DNA of 32,000 nucleotides, taken from NCBI GenBank assembly GCA_023480925.1, contig JAMCWY010000019.1, forward strand, positions 12,268 to 44,267. Reading direction: 5' to 3'. A model generated the notes under the pieces. It made no database searches. It worked only from the letters and a program-made list of their open reading frames with translations, and was not told the DNA's origin. Of this stretch, positions 9,724 through 19,138 are shown piece after piece. How positions within the stretch are numbered: position 1 is the first letter of the stretch; each line of letters starts with the position of its first letter. Made by a program: the position numbers and the translations under genes. This DNA comes from Patescibacteria group bacterium. GTDB lineage: Bacteria > Patescibacteriota > Minisyncoccia > UBA6257 > HR35.

Positions 9724-11289
9724 TTAGTTTTGAATGTTAACCTTGATTTTGCTCGCGTCCAAAGGAAACGATTTCTGCCAAAATGGCCAAATTTCAATAT
9801 CGGCTTTTTCAACCTGGTCCAAGGATTTTAGATAATCGCGGATGTCGGTTAAAGACTTCCCCCTTAACTCCTGAACGATTTTTTGACTATCAAGAATTTC
9901 CTTGGTCGTAACCGTTCCTGTCGCCTCGATCGCCTCATTCTTAAAGTCCGGATCAAGTTGCTGAAGTTTGACCTTATCAATACTGATATTGGTAATCTCG
10001 ACATTATTTTTATTGGCTAGATTTTTTTTGGCGAAAATATCTTTGAGAAGTGAAATAAGCAATTCCTTTTTAACGCCAATCGCTTTCAGCTCGCCCGTGC
10101 CGCTTACCATAATTTTGGCCGCGGTCTGGCCAACCTGGTTGGAAACGTCGGTAACTTGAACGTTAATTTGGCCAATTTCTTCCGGAAAAACATAGTCCGG
10201 ATACTTCAAGGCAAGATCCTTGACCAAAAGATTGTTTAACTCGTTCTCCAACTTGACCCGACCATTATTAATATCGTCGATTAAAACCGTGTGGGAAACG
10301 TTGCCACCACCACCACCGCTAATCGTCCCTTTCGATTGAGCCGTAATTAACTTCTGCCAACTCGTTCCGGCTAAGCCCGGGATAGTGAAATTCGTCGTGG
10401 TCGAAAGATTATAGTCGCCACTTGAACCGTCGGCGGTGACTTGAACATCAACACTGCCTTGACCAGAAACATAAACCTGACTCAAAGAACGATAAATCTT
10501 ACCGGCGGGTGATTGAAAACGGGTGCCGGGAACCAAAGTCAAACTGTCGGCCGAAGAATCGGTTAAAACGATTACGCCCTGAGCGCGATTGTTCACGCCA
10601 AGACTTGGTCCGGTTGTCGTTTGAAAAACGCTATCGTTTTTAGTGATGTCAACGAAAGTCCCGGGCAAGGTGTGCGTGTCGATATTTTCCGAAGTGGCGT
10701 TACGGTCAAGAATAATAATCTCGTCAAACTTCTGGGTATCTTCCTTGGGCGTGATATCAACCTTGGCGCTGGTGCTGAAACCGCCCACGACAAATAAACC
10801 CAAACCGGTCAGGGCGATCGCGGCGGCGGTGACAAGAAAGATCTTTTTCAGTTTTTTTGTTTTTTTCGTTCGGCCGCGATCAAGAAAAATATCTTCGCCT
10901 TTCGACCGATGACGCTCGGCCTTGTGTTCGGCCGGATGATGAACCGGATTAAAATAATGAAATGGCTTCGGTTTAATCTTGGCCGGCGGCTTGATGTCTG
11001 TCACCAACTTCGCTCCTTCCGCCATCGCCTCGTACTCTTCCATAAATAAATCAAATCCGGCTTCTTTGACCAATTTGATAATCTCTTCGTCTTCCGTGCT
11101 TAAATAAATTTTTTTCTTCAAACGTTCGGTTTCTTTTTTAAGCAAGTCAAGATTGATTGGATGGAGGAAAACTTTTGTTTTGTCCGGGACAACCAAAATT
11201 AACTCTTTACTCTCGGAGTCACGAATCAACTCAATCACATCGCCCAACTCCTCTGTCCCTTTTAAATAAAAATAATCTTTTTCCATCAA
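9724..11289 (-). CDS. hypothetical single-pass membrane protein (521 aa)
   Basis: Long ORF with a basic stretch, then a TM segment (IFLVTAAAIALTGLGLFVVGGF), then a large Thr/Ser/Gly-rich region that is probably extracytoplasmic. No family recognised. Confidence 0.6.
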   Translation of the reverse strand: MMEKDYFYLKGTEELGDVIELIRDSESKELILVVPDKTKVFLHPINLDLLKKETERLKKKIYLSTEDEEIIKLVKEAGFDLFMEEYEAMAEGAKLVTDIKPPAKIKPKPFHYFNPVHHPAEHKAERHRSKGEDIFLDRGRTKKTKKLKKIFLVTAAAIALTGLGLFVVGGFSTSAKVDITPKEDTQKFDEIIILDRNATSENIDTHTLPGTFVDITKNDSVFQTTTGPSLGVNNRAQGVIVLTDSSADSLTLVPGTRFQSPAGKIYRSLSQVYVSGQGSVDVQVTADGSSGDYNLSTTTNFTIPGLAGTSWQKLITAQSKGTISGGGGGNVSHTVLIDDINNGRVKLENELNNLLVKDLALKYPDYVFPEEIGQINVQVTDVSNQVGQTAAKIMVSGTGELKAIGVKKELLISLLKDIFAKKNLANKNNVEITNISIDKVKLQQLDPDFKNEAIEATGTVTTKEILDSQKIVQELRGKSLTDIRDYLKSLDQVEKADIEIWPFWQKSFPLDASKIKVNIQN

Positions 11290-11303
11290 CAGTTTTTGGT
11301 TGA

Positions 11304-12578
11304 TTAAACCGCTTTCGAAATTTTTTGATGCTCTTTGAATCGTTCGTTAAAAATATCTTCGACTTTTGGCGAAATTTCCATTTTTTTTATCTGCGCCAGT
11401 TCTTTTGCCAACTCCAAAGGCAAACCGTAAGTGGCGTAAAGTTGAAAAAGTTTTCCAGCCAGTTCTTCGGCCGTCTCGACGCCGGTGATGTTTCGTTCAA
11501 ACCGCCTTAGAGCCTGACCCAATGTTTGTTCGAACGTTCCCAGTTCCGCCTTAATTACTTTTAATATTTTATCATAATTCTGCAACTCCGGATAAATTTG
11601 GCCAAACTTTTCTCTAACCGATTTAATCACCAGCTCGAGTTGAACCAACTCAATCTGATTCAAGCGCAGACGCAAAGCTAAACGACGCAAGATCCGACGC
11701 AAAACATAACCGCGCTCAAGATTGCTTGGCTGGACACCGGCGCCGGCCAAAAAAACCGCGGCCCGAACATGATCAAGAATAATTCGAAGATCAGATTGGA
11801 CTAAATCAGACTTGATTTCCAAAAGCCGCGTTCGGGTTGGCTCGAATAAATCCGTCTCGAATATCGTTTCCGTTTTTTGAATCACCTTCATCAATCGTTC
11901 AAAACCCATACCCGTGTCAATACCAACAAGATCAAGTTTCTTTAATTTTCCGTCTGAATCTTGATAATACTGGTTAAAAACTAAATTCCAAACCTCAAGA
12001 TCGTTAATGTAAATTTCCGTAGTCGGGCCACACGGTCCTTCTTCACCCGTCGGTCCCCAAAAATTATCCTCCCGGCCGCGCTTTTTAATTTTATCCCCGT
12101 AGCCAATCTCGTCCCAAACTCGTGCGCTGGCTTCGTCAAAAGGAATGTCGGCTTCGCCCTTAAAAACCGTAACGGAATCAAAATTTAAACCCAATTCTTT
12201 TTCCAAAAATTCCCTCGCCCAAATAATCGCCGATCTTTTAAAATAACCGGCCGGGCCGAAATCAGCCGGATCATCCGAACCAACCGGGCCGAAAGAAAAA
12301 TTACCAAGCATTTCAAAAAAAGTCAGGTGAGTCGTGTCGCCAATTTCATTAATATCGGTCGTCCGAAAACATTTTTGGATTGAAGCAGTTCTCTGGCCGC
12401 CAAAATCAACTCGGGCGTCTTTTTCGGCCGTGAAATATTTTTTAAACTGCTGCATTCCGGCCGTGGTCAACAAGACCGACTTGTCACCAAACGGTATCAA
12501 CGACGATGACTGAATAATTTTATGGCCGCGGTCGGAAAAAAAATTAAAAAATAATTTTCTGACTTCTTCCGAACTCAT
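11304..12578 (-). CDS. alaS: alanine--tRNA ligase, catalytic/tRNA-recognition core only (424 aa)
   Basis: FFSDRGHKIIQSSSLIP, LLTTAGMQQFK, HLTFFEMLGNFSFG, NFWGPTGEEGPCGPTTEIY, IDTGMGFERL and RGYVLRRILRR align with residues about 1-455 of E. coli AlaRS. The ORF then stops. Confidence 0.9.
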   Translation of the reverse strand: MSSEEVRKLFFNFFSDRGHKIIQSSSLIPFGDKSVLLTTAGMQQFKKYFTAEKDARVDFGGQRTASIQKCFRTTDINEIGDTTHLTFFEMLGNFSFGPVGSDDPADFGPAGYFKRSAIIWAREFLEKELGLNFDSVTVFKGEADIPFDEASARVWDEIGYGDKIKKRGREDNFWGPTGEEGPCGPTTEIYINDLEVWNLVFNQYYQDSDGKLKKLDLVGIDTGMGFERLMKVIQKTETIFETDLFEPTRTRLLEIKSDLVQSDLRIILDHVRAAVFLAGAGVQPSNLERGYVLRRILRRLALRLRLNQIELVQLELVIKSVREKFGQIYPELQNYDKILKVIKAELGTFEQTLGQALRRFERNITGVETAEELAGKLFQLYATYGLPLELAKELAQIKKMEISPKVEDIFNERFKEHQKISKAV

Positions 12579-12587
12579 TCTTAAAAA

Positions 12588-12596
12588 ATTATAACA
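12588..12596 (-). promoter_or_regulatory. extended -10 promoter TGTTATAAT, 9 nt before the alaS ATG (leaderless-type)
   Basis: The minus strand reads TTTTGTTATAATTTTTTAAGAATG. There is no Shine-Dalgarno sequence. Confidence 0.5.
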
Positions 12597-12688
12597 AAAA
12601 TTATTATTGGGAACAAATTTAAATTTTTTTTAAAAAAAATCGGTTCTAATTGAAAAACAACTTAAAAACAGAAAAACTTCAACTAAAT

Positions 12689-12964
12689 TTATTTGACTTT
12701 CGGACTAAAAGCCTTATTGACCTTTTTGCTCAAACGAGATTTCAAGCGGCTGGCTTTATTCTTATGAATAAATGACTTGGCCGCCTTGTCAAGTTTTTTA
12801 AACGTCTGACGTAAATTTTCTTTGGCCGCGGCCTGATCGCCGGAAAGAATTGACTTTTTCAACGCCTTGACCGTTTTTTTAATCTCGACCTTCTTTTTTA
12901 AATTTCTCTCTTTTCGACGCAACGATTGTCTCAAAGCTTTTTGACCCGAACTGGTGATTGGCAT
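12689..12964 (-). CDS. rpsT: 30S ribosomal protein S20
   Basis: A 91-aa, highly basic protein. The N-terminus MPITSSGQKALRQSLRRKERN is typical of S20. Confidence 0.85.
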   Translation of the reverse strand: MPITSSGQKALRQSLRRKERNLKKKVEIKKTVKALKKSILSGDQAAAKENLRQTFKKLDKAAKSFIHKNKASRLKSRLSKKVNKAFSPKVK

Positions 12965-12965
12965 T

Positions 12966-13997
12966 TTAATTTATTTCTTTTTTTAATTCTTCGATTAATT
13001 TTTTCGCTTTTTCGGAAATTTTTTTCGGCGTCCGGATTTGAACTTTAATCAAAAGCGAACCGGCCCTGATACCCTTGCCCGGAATTCGAATAACTTCACC
13101 CTGATTGATTCCGGCTGGAATTTTAATTTTAATCTCTTCGTCAAAAAATTTCAAATTCAACTCCGTTCCAACCAAGGCGTCGACTAAACCAATATCGATA
13201 TCAGTCAAAATATCTCGACCCTGGATTTTGAAACGCGAGTCCGGCCGCGGATGAATTCGAATAATAAGCTTACCCCCTTTTTTTGTCCGAGGATCTTCAT
13301 CGCCCAAACTTGGCACGATTAGATATTCGCGCGGATCAAAATGAGGCGGCAAATCAACCTCAAACGATTCGGACCGAACAACAACGCCTGTCCCTTGGCA
13401 AAAAGAACAAATTTTTTCCGGAACCGAACCGCGACCATGACAAATCTTACAAATATTTTCCGTTTCAAAGACAAAGCCGGTGAAAAAACTTGATTTCGAT
13501 CGAACTCGACCCTGACCTTGGCAGGCGGAACATTTTTTTAGAACTTTCGTCTGACTGCCCGTCCCTTGACATTCAAGACAAAGTTTTTTTCGCTTATAAC
13601 TAATCGATTTTTTTGAACCGCGAACGATTTCAGCGATATCAACATCCAAATCAATGACCAGGTCCAAATTTTGTTCGGATTTAGAACCAAAAAAATCGCC
13701 AAGAAGATCGGAAAGCAAATCGTCAAAATTCTGATTGCGAAAAAAAGAACCGAGATCGCTCGCCTGGCCAAAGTCGTTAAAATTAAACCCGGCTGAGCCG
13801 AATTTCTTTTTCTGATCGTATTCCCCTCTTAATTTTTGATCGGATAAGACTCGGTAAGCTTCGACTATTTTTTTAAACTTTTCCGCGTCGCCGCCAAGAT
13901 CGGGATGGTACTTCTTCGCCAAGACCCGAAAGGCCTTTTTGATTTCATCGTTCGAAGCGTTTTCCGAGACGCCTAAAATTTTATAGTAATCGTCCAT
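12966..13997 (-). CDS. dnaJ: molecular chaperone DnaJ
   Basis: J domain (DYYKILGV...KKYHPD) and four CxxCxGxG zinc-finger repeats ([32 protein letters not shown]). Confidence 0.95.
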   Translation of the reverse strand: MDDYYKILGVSENASNDEIKKAFRVLAKKYHPDLGGDAEKFKKIVEAYRVLSDQKLRGEYDQKKKFGSAGFNFNDFGQASDLGSFFRNQNFDDLLSDLLGDFFGSKSEQNLDLVIDLDVDIAEIVRGSKKSISYKRKKLCLECQGTGSQTKVLKKCSACQGQGRVRSKSSFFTGFVFETENICKICHGRGSVPEKICSFCQGTGVVVRSESFEVDLPPHFDPREYLIVPSLGDEDPRTKKGGKLIIRIHPRPDSRFKIQGRDILTDIDIGLVDALVGTELNLKFFDEEIKIKIPAGINQGEVIRIPGKGIRAGSLLIKVQIRTPKKISEKAKKLIEELKKEIN

Positions 13998-14119
13998 TCG
14001 AAATAATAAGTTGTCTAAATTAACTCAAACTTGACTTTTGATTAAAAAAAGGCCGTGAGCCTTTAAATGACTTCATTTTAACACGTCTAAACTAAAATCC
14101 AATTTAAATATTATTCCAA

Positions 14120-15139
14120 CTAAAAACCGAGGCTGATTTTTTCGCGCTCGACCATTTCCTTTTCAATTCGATAAAGACCGAGCTTGCCTAAAATATAAAA
14201 ACAAAACCAAGCGATAAAACTCAGAACCCACCCATAAAACCACAAAATTGATTGGACAATAACGACGATTAGCAGCGCCAAAATAATCTTGACGGCGTAA
14301 AATTTTAGCTGGTCGCGGCTCGAGTTTAACCAAAACAAACTGAGATATTTGTAAACCGCTTGGCTTAAAGTATCGTTGGGGTTGATGTTGGTTTTGAGTT
14401 TGTTATTTAAATTACTTAGAGTTGGACTAACGGCCGCCGCCTCAATCGTTCCGGTTGAAACCTGAATCGGCTGGCTGGTTGAGCCGACCGGCAGACCAAG
14501 ATTGCTTAAATTAACCACACTACTCTCCGACATAATGTTACTTGAAATAATCTCGCTAACCTTGGTTTCGGGCGTAATTTGAACCTTAAGACTTTGGCTA
14601 ACTTGACTAAAAATCGGCGTGGTTAAGTTGGCCAAACGATTAAAATTCTGGGCCGAAATAAAATCTTGACCCGAACTAGTAAAAACCACAATAATCAAAA
14701 TTAAAATTAAAAACCAGTTTACGACCGTCCACTTCGCCCGAGTCAAACCAAGCCAGTTAATTTTTAACTTCGCCTGTTCAACGCTCATCATCCGCCAAAA
14801 GGCGTTCAGGCTGACGATAATAAAAATCAAAAAAGACCAGCTGGCCAAATTAACGTTCCCGGTCAAACGATAAAACCAAACTGACAAAAACACGGCCACG
14901 ATCACTTGGGCCAAAAAAGAAATAATAAAATCGCCGCCAAGCTCAAGGAGAATATCAAAAAGCAACCAGATGAGCGCACTTAAAATAAAAACATTAAATA
15001 AATTAAAGTTGAGCTGAAGAAAAACGATCAAGCCGAGATAGGCCGTACTTGAACCAAAAATGATCGTGGCTAAAAATATCAAGATTGTTTTTAAACCAAC
15101 CCTCTCAATCTTTGCCACTTCTTCGCTTTTAATCACCAT
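14120..15139 (-). CDS. hypothetical polytopic membrane protein inserted between dnaK and dnaJ
   Basis: A 339-aa ORF with several hydrophobic helices at both ends. It has its own TATAAT (15148-15153, minus) 8 nt before the ATG. Confidence 0.6.
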   Translation of the reverse strand: MVIKSEEVAKIERVGLKTILIFLATIIFGSSTAYLGLIVFLQLNFNLFNVFILSALIWLLFDILLELGGDFIISFLAQVIVAVFLSVWFYRLTGNVNLASWSFLIFIIVSLNAFWRMMSVEQAKLKINWLGLTRAKWTVVNWFLILILIIVVFTSSGQDFISAQNFNRLANLTTPIFSQVSQSLKVQITPETKVSEIISSNIMSESSVVNLSNLGLPVGSTSQPIQVSTGTIEAAAVSPTLSNLNNKLKTNINPNDTLSQAVYKYLSLFWLNSSRDQLKFYAVKIILALLIVVIVQSILWFYGWVLSFIAWFCFYILGKLGLYRIEKEMVEREKISLGF

Positions 15140-15200
15140 TAAATTAAATTATATAATAATAATCTCGCTTTTGTTAAGGTCAAAACGATCGGATCAAAAA

Positions 15201-17111
15201 TTAGTTTTCCGGTTCTGATTCAGATTGGTTGGAATCGGTCGAGTTGTCCGAATCAGCCGAATTGCCAGAATCGGCCTGATTATCCGAATCAGCCGAACCG
15301 GTCTGACCGTCGGCTTGATAAAAATTCTTGCCAATTTCGGCCATTATTTCAGAAACTTCTTTTATTTTCGCGTCGATGATATCGCTGTCAACACCGTCTT
15401 TAACCGCCTCCAACTCTTTTATTTTCGCCTCGATCCGATCGCTTAAATCAGCCGGAACTTTATCTTTATACTCGGCTAAAATTTTTCTCGATTGATAAAT
15501 AATATTTTCCGCCTGATTTTTCGCCTCAACTGTTTTTTTCTTTTTAACATCCTCCGCCTCGTGCTCTTCCGCTTCTCGTCTCAACTTTTCGACCTCGTCT
15601 TTGGACAAGTTGGCCGAACCCTGAACCTTAACCGACTGAGACTTTCCTGTCGCCTTGTCTTTGGCTATGACCGTTAAGATGCCGTTAACGTCAATATCAA
15701 AATTAACTTCGACCTGAGGCACGCCTCGAGGCGACGGCGGCAAGCCGTCTAAAATAAATCTGGCCAAACTTTTATTGTCTCCGGCCATCGGCCGCTCGCC
15801 CTGGACAACGTTAACTTCGACCGAAGTTTGGCTGTCGGCCGCGGTCGTAAAAATTTCCGTTTTTGAAAATGGAATCGGCGTATTTTTTGAAATCATCGGA
15901 TGAGCGACGCCGCCCATTGTTTCAATCGCCAAAGTCAAAGGAATAACGTCAAGCAAAAGAATTTCGCGAATGTCGCCCTGGATAATACCGGCTTGGATGG
16001 ACGCGCCAACCGCGACAACCTCGTCCGGATTAATGTCTTTTTTCGCCGGCTGGCCAAAATAATCAGCGACCAATTTTTGGATCAATGGCATTCGCGTTTG
16101 ACCGCCAACTAAGATTATCTCGTTGATTTCTTTTGGATTAAAATTAACGTCTTTTAAAGTTTGATCGACTAACTTAATTGATTTTTCAATCAAATCCCGA
16201 GTTAAGTTTTCCAATTCCGTTCGAGTCAACTTAAAATAAAGATGTTTCGGTCCGGACTCGCCTGAAGTAATAAAAGGCAGGTTGATCTCTGTCTCAAATA
16301 AAGTCGAAAGTTCCTGTTTGGCTTTTTCCGCCCCTTCCTTTAGACGCTGAAGCGCGAGCGGGTCCTTACTTAAATCAATTCCCTCTTGTTTTTTAAACTC
16401 ACTCATTAAGAAACTAATCACGCGTTGGTCAAGGTCGTCGCCGCCTAAAAACGAATCACCGCCAATCGCCTTCGTCTCGATGACGTTGTCGCCAACTTCT
16501 AAAATCGAAATATCGAAAGTGCCGCCGCCGAAATCATAAACCAAAATCTTGGTGTTGTTTCTTTTGTCTAAACCGTAAGAAAGAGCCGCGGCCGTTGGTT
16601 CGGGCAAAAGCCGCTTGACGTTCAAACCGGCAATCTCGGCCGACGCCTTAGTCGCCGCTCGCTGAGAATCGTTAAAATAAGCCGGGACAGTCACGACAAC
16701 CTCATCGATCTTCTCGCCCAACTTCGCCTCGACGTCGGATTTAATTTTTTGCAAAACCATCGCTGAAATTTCTTCCGGTCGATACCACTTCTCGCCCATC
16801 TTGACCTCAATCCCACCATTGACCGATTCTTTGATTTCGTAGGGTAAAACGCTTTTTGATTTTTGAACCTCTTCGTCTTTATAACGCCGGCCGATGACAC
16901 GCTTAATCGAATAAATCGTGTTAGTCGGATTGGTAATCGACTGCCGTTTGGCCAAAACACCAACCAGACGTTCGCCCGCTTTTGAAACCGCCACGACTGA
17001 CGGCGTCAAACGCGAACCCTCGCTATTTTCTAAAACTTTTGGCACGCCCGCTTCAACAATCGCCGCGACCGAATTGGTTGTGCCTAAATCAATACCTAAA
17101 ATTTTTGCCAT
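15201..17111 (-). CDS. dnaK: molecular chaperone DnaK (Hsp70)
   Basis: [17 protein letters not shown]-like ([10 protein letters not shown]) and [11 protein letters not shown] motifs. The C-terminal tail is acidic and Ser/Asp/Asn-rich. Confidence 0.97.
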   Translation of the reverse strand: MAKILGIDLGTTNSVAAIVEAGVPKVLENSEGSRLTPSVVAVSKAGERLVGVLAKRQSITNPTNTIYSIKRVIGRRYKDEEVQKSKSVLPYEIKESVNGGIEVKMGEKWYRPEEISAMVLQKIKSDVEAKLGEKIDEVVVTVPAYFNDSQRAATKASAEIAGLNVKRLLPEPTAAALSYGLDKRNNTKILVYDFGGGTFDISILEVGDNVIETKAIGGDSFLGGDDLDQRVISFLMSEFKKQEGIDLSKDPLALQRLKEGAEKAKQELSTLFETEINLPFITSGESGPKHLYFKLTRTELENLTRDLIEKSIKLVDQTLKDVNFNPKEINEIILVGGQTRMPLIQKLVADYFGQPAKKDINPDEVVAVGASIQAGIIQGDIREILLLDVIPLTLAIETMGGVAHPMISKNTPIPFSKTEIFTTAADSQTSVEVNVVQGERPMAGDNKSLARFILDGLPPSPRGVPQVEVNFDIDVNGILTVIAKDKATGKSQSVKVQGSANLSKDEVEKLRREAEEHEAEDVKKKKTVEAKNQAENIIYQSRKILAEYKDKVPADLSDRIEAKIKELEAVKDGVDSDIIDAKIKEVSEIMAEIGKNFYQADGQTGSADSDNQADSGNSADSDNSTDSNQSESEPEN

Positions 17112-17126
17112 CTTTATTTTTTAATA

Positions 17127-17717
17127 TTAAATTAAATTTGACTTAGATTTAATCTGGTCAGGATGAACGATAACCTTGACCTTAGCCGGCCGAATGATCC
17201 GGCCCTGAAACCGATAACCGCGACTAAAAACTTCAGTGATTAAGCCATCATCATCGCCGGAACAATCTTTTTTATCACAAGTTTTAGTTGAAATCGCCTC
17301 GTGGAAATTTGGATCAAATTTTTCCTGGCCAATCTCAACCGACTCAAAACCGCATCGTTTCAAAATATCAAAAAGCTGAGCCTGGATTAAATAATAACCC
17401 TTACCCAACTGCTTCTCTTTATCCGCCTCGGTCAACGAACCAATGGCCAGGTCAAAACTATCGAGGACCGGCACGAGATCATGAACGAGAATTTCATTTG
17501 CCCGAAACTGAAACTCTTTCGCCTCAATCTCCATTTCTTTTTTCGCCCGAAGCAAATCCGCCTTGGCCCGTTGGAGGCCGTTAAAATATTCAATCTTTTC
17601 CTGTTCGAGCTGTTTTATCTGTTCGCTTAATTCCCTAATTGTTTCCGACTCGGTCGGCAATTTTTCTTCAGCCTCGTTTTGATTTTGTTCGTTCTGACTT
17701 TCGTCTAAGTTTGTCAT
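17127..17717 (-). CDS. grpE: nucleotide exchange factor GrpE
   Basis: Coiled-coil N-terminus, then the core NFHEAI...V.SRGYRFQGRIIRPAKVKV. It is located between hrcA and dnaK. Confidence 0.9.
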   Translation of the reverse strand: MTNLDESQNEQNQNEAEEKLPTESETIRELSEQIKQLEQEKIEYFNGLQRAKADLLRAKKEMEIEAKEFQFRANEILVHDLVPVLDSFDLAIGSLTEADKEKQLGKGYYLIQAQLFDILKRCGFESVEIGQEKFDPNFHEAISTKTCDKKDCSGDDDGLITEVFSRGYRFQGRIIRPAKVKVIVHPDQIKSKSNLI

Positions 17718-17741
17718 TTTTAATTTTGATTAATTTAAAAT

Positions 17742-18380
17742 TTAGTCAATTAAATCCAAAAAAGAATAATTCTTAAGATAATCCGTTCGTTTAACGCCGC
17801 TCATAATCAAACCCTGATTGTTATTTTTCCTAATCATCAGAAAAAACTGTTCAGCCCGACTAATCGGCGTTTCGCTGCCAATAAAAATTTTATTCTCGCC
17901 TTCGGCTAAATTCAAAAAAATTTGGTCAAGATCAATTTTTAGCTTCTCCACGAACGCCAAAAAATCAACAATCATCCGCCGTTCTTTAAATTCCGGCTCG
18001 GCCAAAACATAGACAAAGCTGCACTCTTTTATGACCGGACCAGCTTTAACCAAACAGTAAGTTTTTGTTTGCTTAGCCACATCGGCCAAAAACTCTTCCG
18101 CCGAAAATTTCGTTCGATTTGATTTATTTTTAACTCTTTTAAGCTTGCGATAAAAATACAACCGCCAACCCCGATCTGTTGGCCGGCGGCCGGCGGAAAA
18201 GTTAACATTTTCAAGCAAACGCCGGTTGACCAAACGACTCAAAATCAATCTCAAGTTCGACGATGAAACATCGGGGAAAAAATTTTTAGATAAAATTTTC
18301 GATCCGACCGGTTTGGCTGTTTTTTGATAAATCCGAACGACTCGATCAAAAACTTTTGTTTCAAGATCAACTTCAACCAT
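17742..18380 (-). CDS. hrcA: heat-inducible repressor HrcA, short form (about 212 aa)
   Basis: The N-terminal winged helix (KPVGSKILSK...SSSNLRLILSRL...GRRPTDRGWRLY) resembles HrcA. The ATG at 18380 lies 8 nt after the hsp20 stop. Typical HrcA is about 340 aa. Confidence 0.7.
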   Translation of the reverse strand: MVEVDLETKVFDRVVRIYQKTAKPVGSKILSKNFFPDVSSSNLRLILSRLVNRRLLENVNFSAGRRPTDRGWRLYFYRKLKRVKNKSNRTKFSAEEFLADVAKQTKTYCLVKAGPVIKECSFVYVLAEPEFKERRMIVDFLAFVEKLKIDLDQIFLNLAEGENKIFIGSETPISRAEQFFLMIRKNNNQGLIMSGVKRTDYLKNYSFLDLID

Positions 18381-18387
18381 GACGCGA

Positions 18388-18807
18388 TTATGACTCGATC
18401 TTAATTTCCCGGCCTTGATCAACCTTGGCCGTCTTGGGCAAATTTATTTTCAAAATGCCGTTTTCGTACTTCGCCTTCGACTCGGCCGCGTTAACTTCTT
18501 GAGGCAAAACGATTGTTCGGTTAAACTCGCCTCGTTTAATTTCTTTCCGCCAATAATTTTCCGCCTTCGTTTCTTTTTTTTCATCAAACCGGCCCGAAAT
18601 TTTCAATCGATTCTCTTCAATTTTTAAACTGGCATTTTTCGGATCAACTCCGGTCAAACCAACCTCAACGACGATGTTGTTATCATCTTCGTAAATATCA
18701 ACCGGCAGATCATTTAAACGGAAAATCGGAACAAAAGCCGGAGCAAAATCTTCGGAAAAAAATTTTTCAATGTCTTTAAACGGATCCCACTTAATTAAGC
18801 CCGCCAT
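18388..18807 (-). CDS. Hsp20/alpha-crystallin small heat-shock protein
   Basis: Alpha-crystallin domain pattern (VDIYEDDNNIVVEVGLTGV...FNRTIVLPQEVN...KAKYENGILKINLPK). The start is taken at MAGLIKWDPF. Confidence 0.88.
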   Translation of the reverse strand: MAGLIKWDPFKDIEKFFSEDFAPAFVPIFRLNDLPVDIYEDDNNIVVEVGLTGVDPKNASLKIEENRLKISGRFDEKKETKAENYWRKEIKRGEFNRTIVLPQEVNAAESKAKYENGILKINLPKTAKVDQGREIKIES

Positions 18808-18890
18808 TTTATTTTTTGGCCGCAACCAGACCGCGCGGCGGCGACCAAGAAAAAAATTAATAAAAATGACCGCTGGATTAATTTCTTGCC

Positions 18891-18919
18891 ATTATAACAA
18901 ATTGGCACGCCTTAGTCAA
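18891..18919 (-). promoter_or_regulatory. sigma70-type promoter TTGACT-N17-TATAAT for the hsp20-hrcA-grpE-dnaK operon
   Basis: On the minus strand the -35 TTGACT is at 18914-18919 and the -10 TATAAT at 18891-18896, with a 17-nt spacer. Confidence 0.7.
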
Positions 18920-18928
18920 GGGTGCTAA
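18902..18928 (-). promoter_or_regulatory. CIRCE operator (HrcA binding site)
   Basis: The minus strand reads TTAGCACCC-N9-GCGTGCCAA, compared with the consensus TTAGCACTC-N9-GAGTGCTAA. It overlaps the promoter -35 and spacer. Confidence 0.75.
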
Positions 18929-19138
18929 ATTTTCGGCCTTGTTTATTATCGCCTGTTCGGACAACCTTTAATTTAAAAAAACGCGGCTTATTTTAAACTT
19001 TTTCGAATAACAAGGTTCTTAAAACGCGGCCGCTTAATTTATTGCCGCCAATCGTAATTTCGCTAATTTTTAAATCGGCCTGTTTGATTTCCGCAAAAGA
19101 ATGATAATATTTATTAATAAGCTATAGCCAACGACAAA

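Noticed and set aside
15204-15310. Repetitive DNA (a TCCGAATCAGCCGAA-like motif occurring twice) at the 3' end of dnaK.
   Set aside because: It encodes the low-complexity acidic Ser/Asp/Asn tail of DnaK ([22 protein letters not shown]). It is not an independent repeat element or CRISPR-like array.
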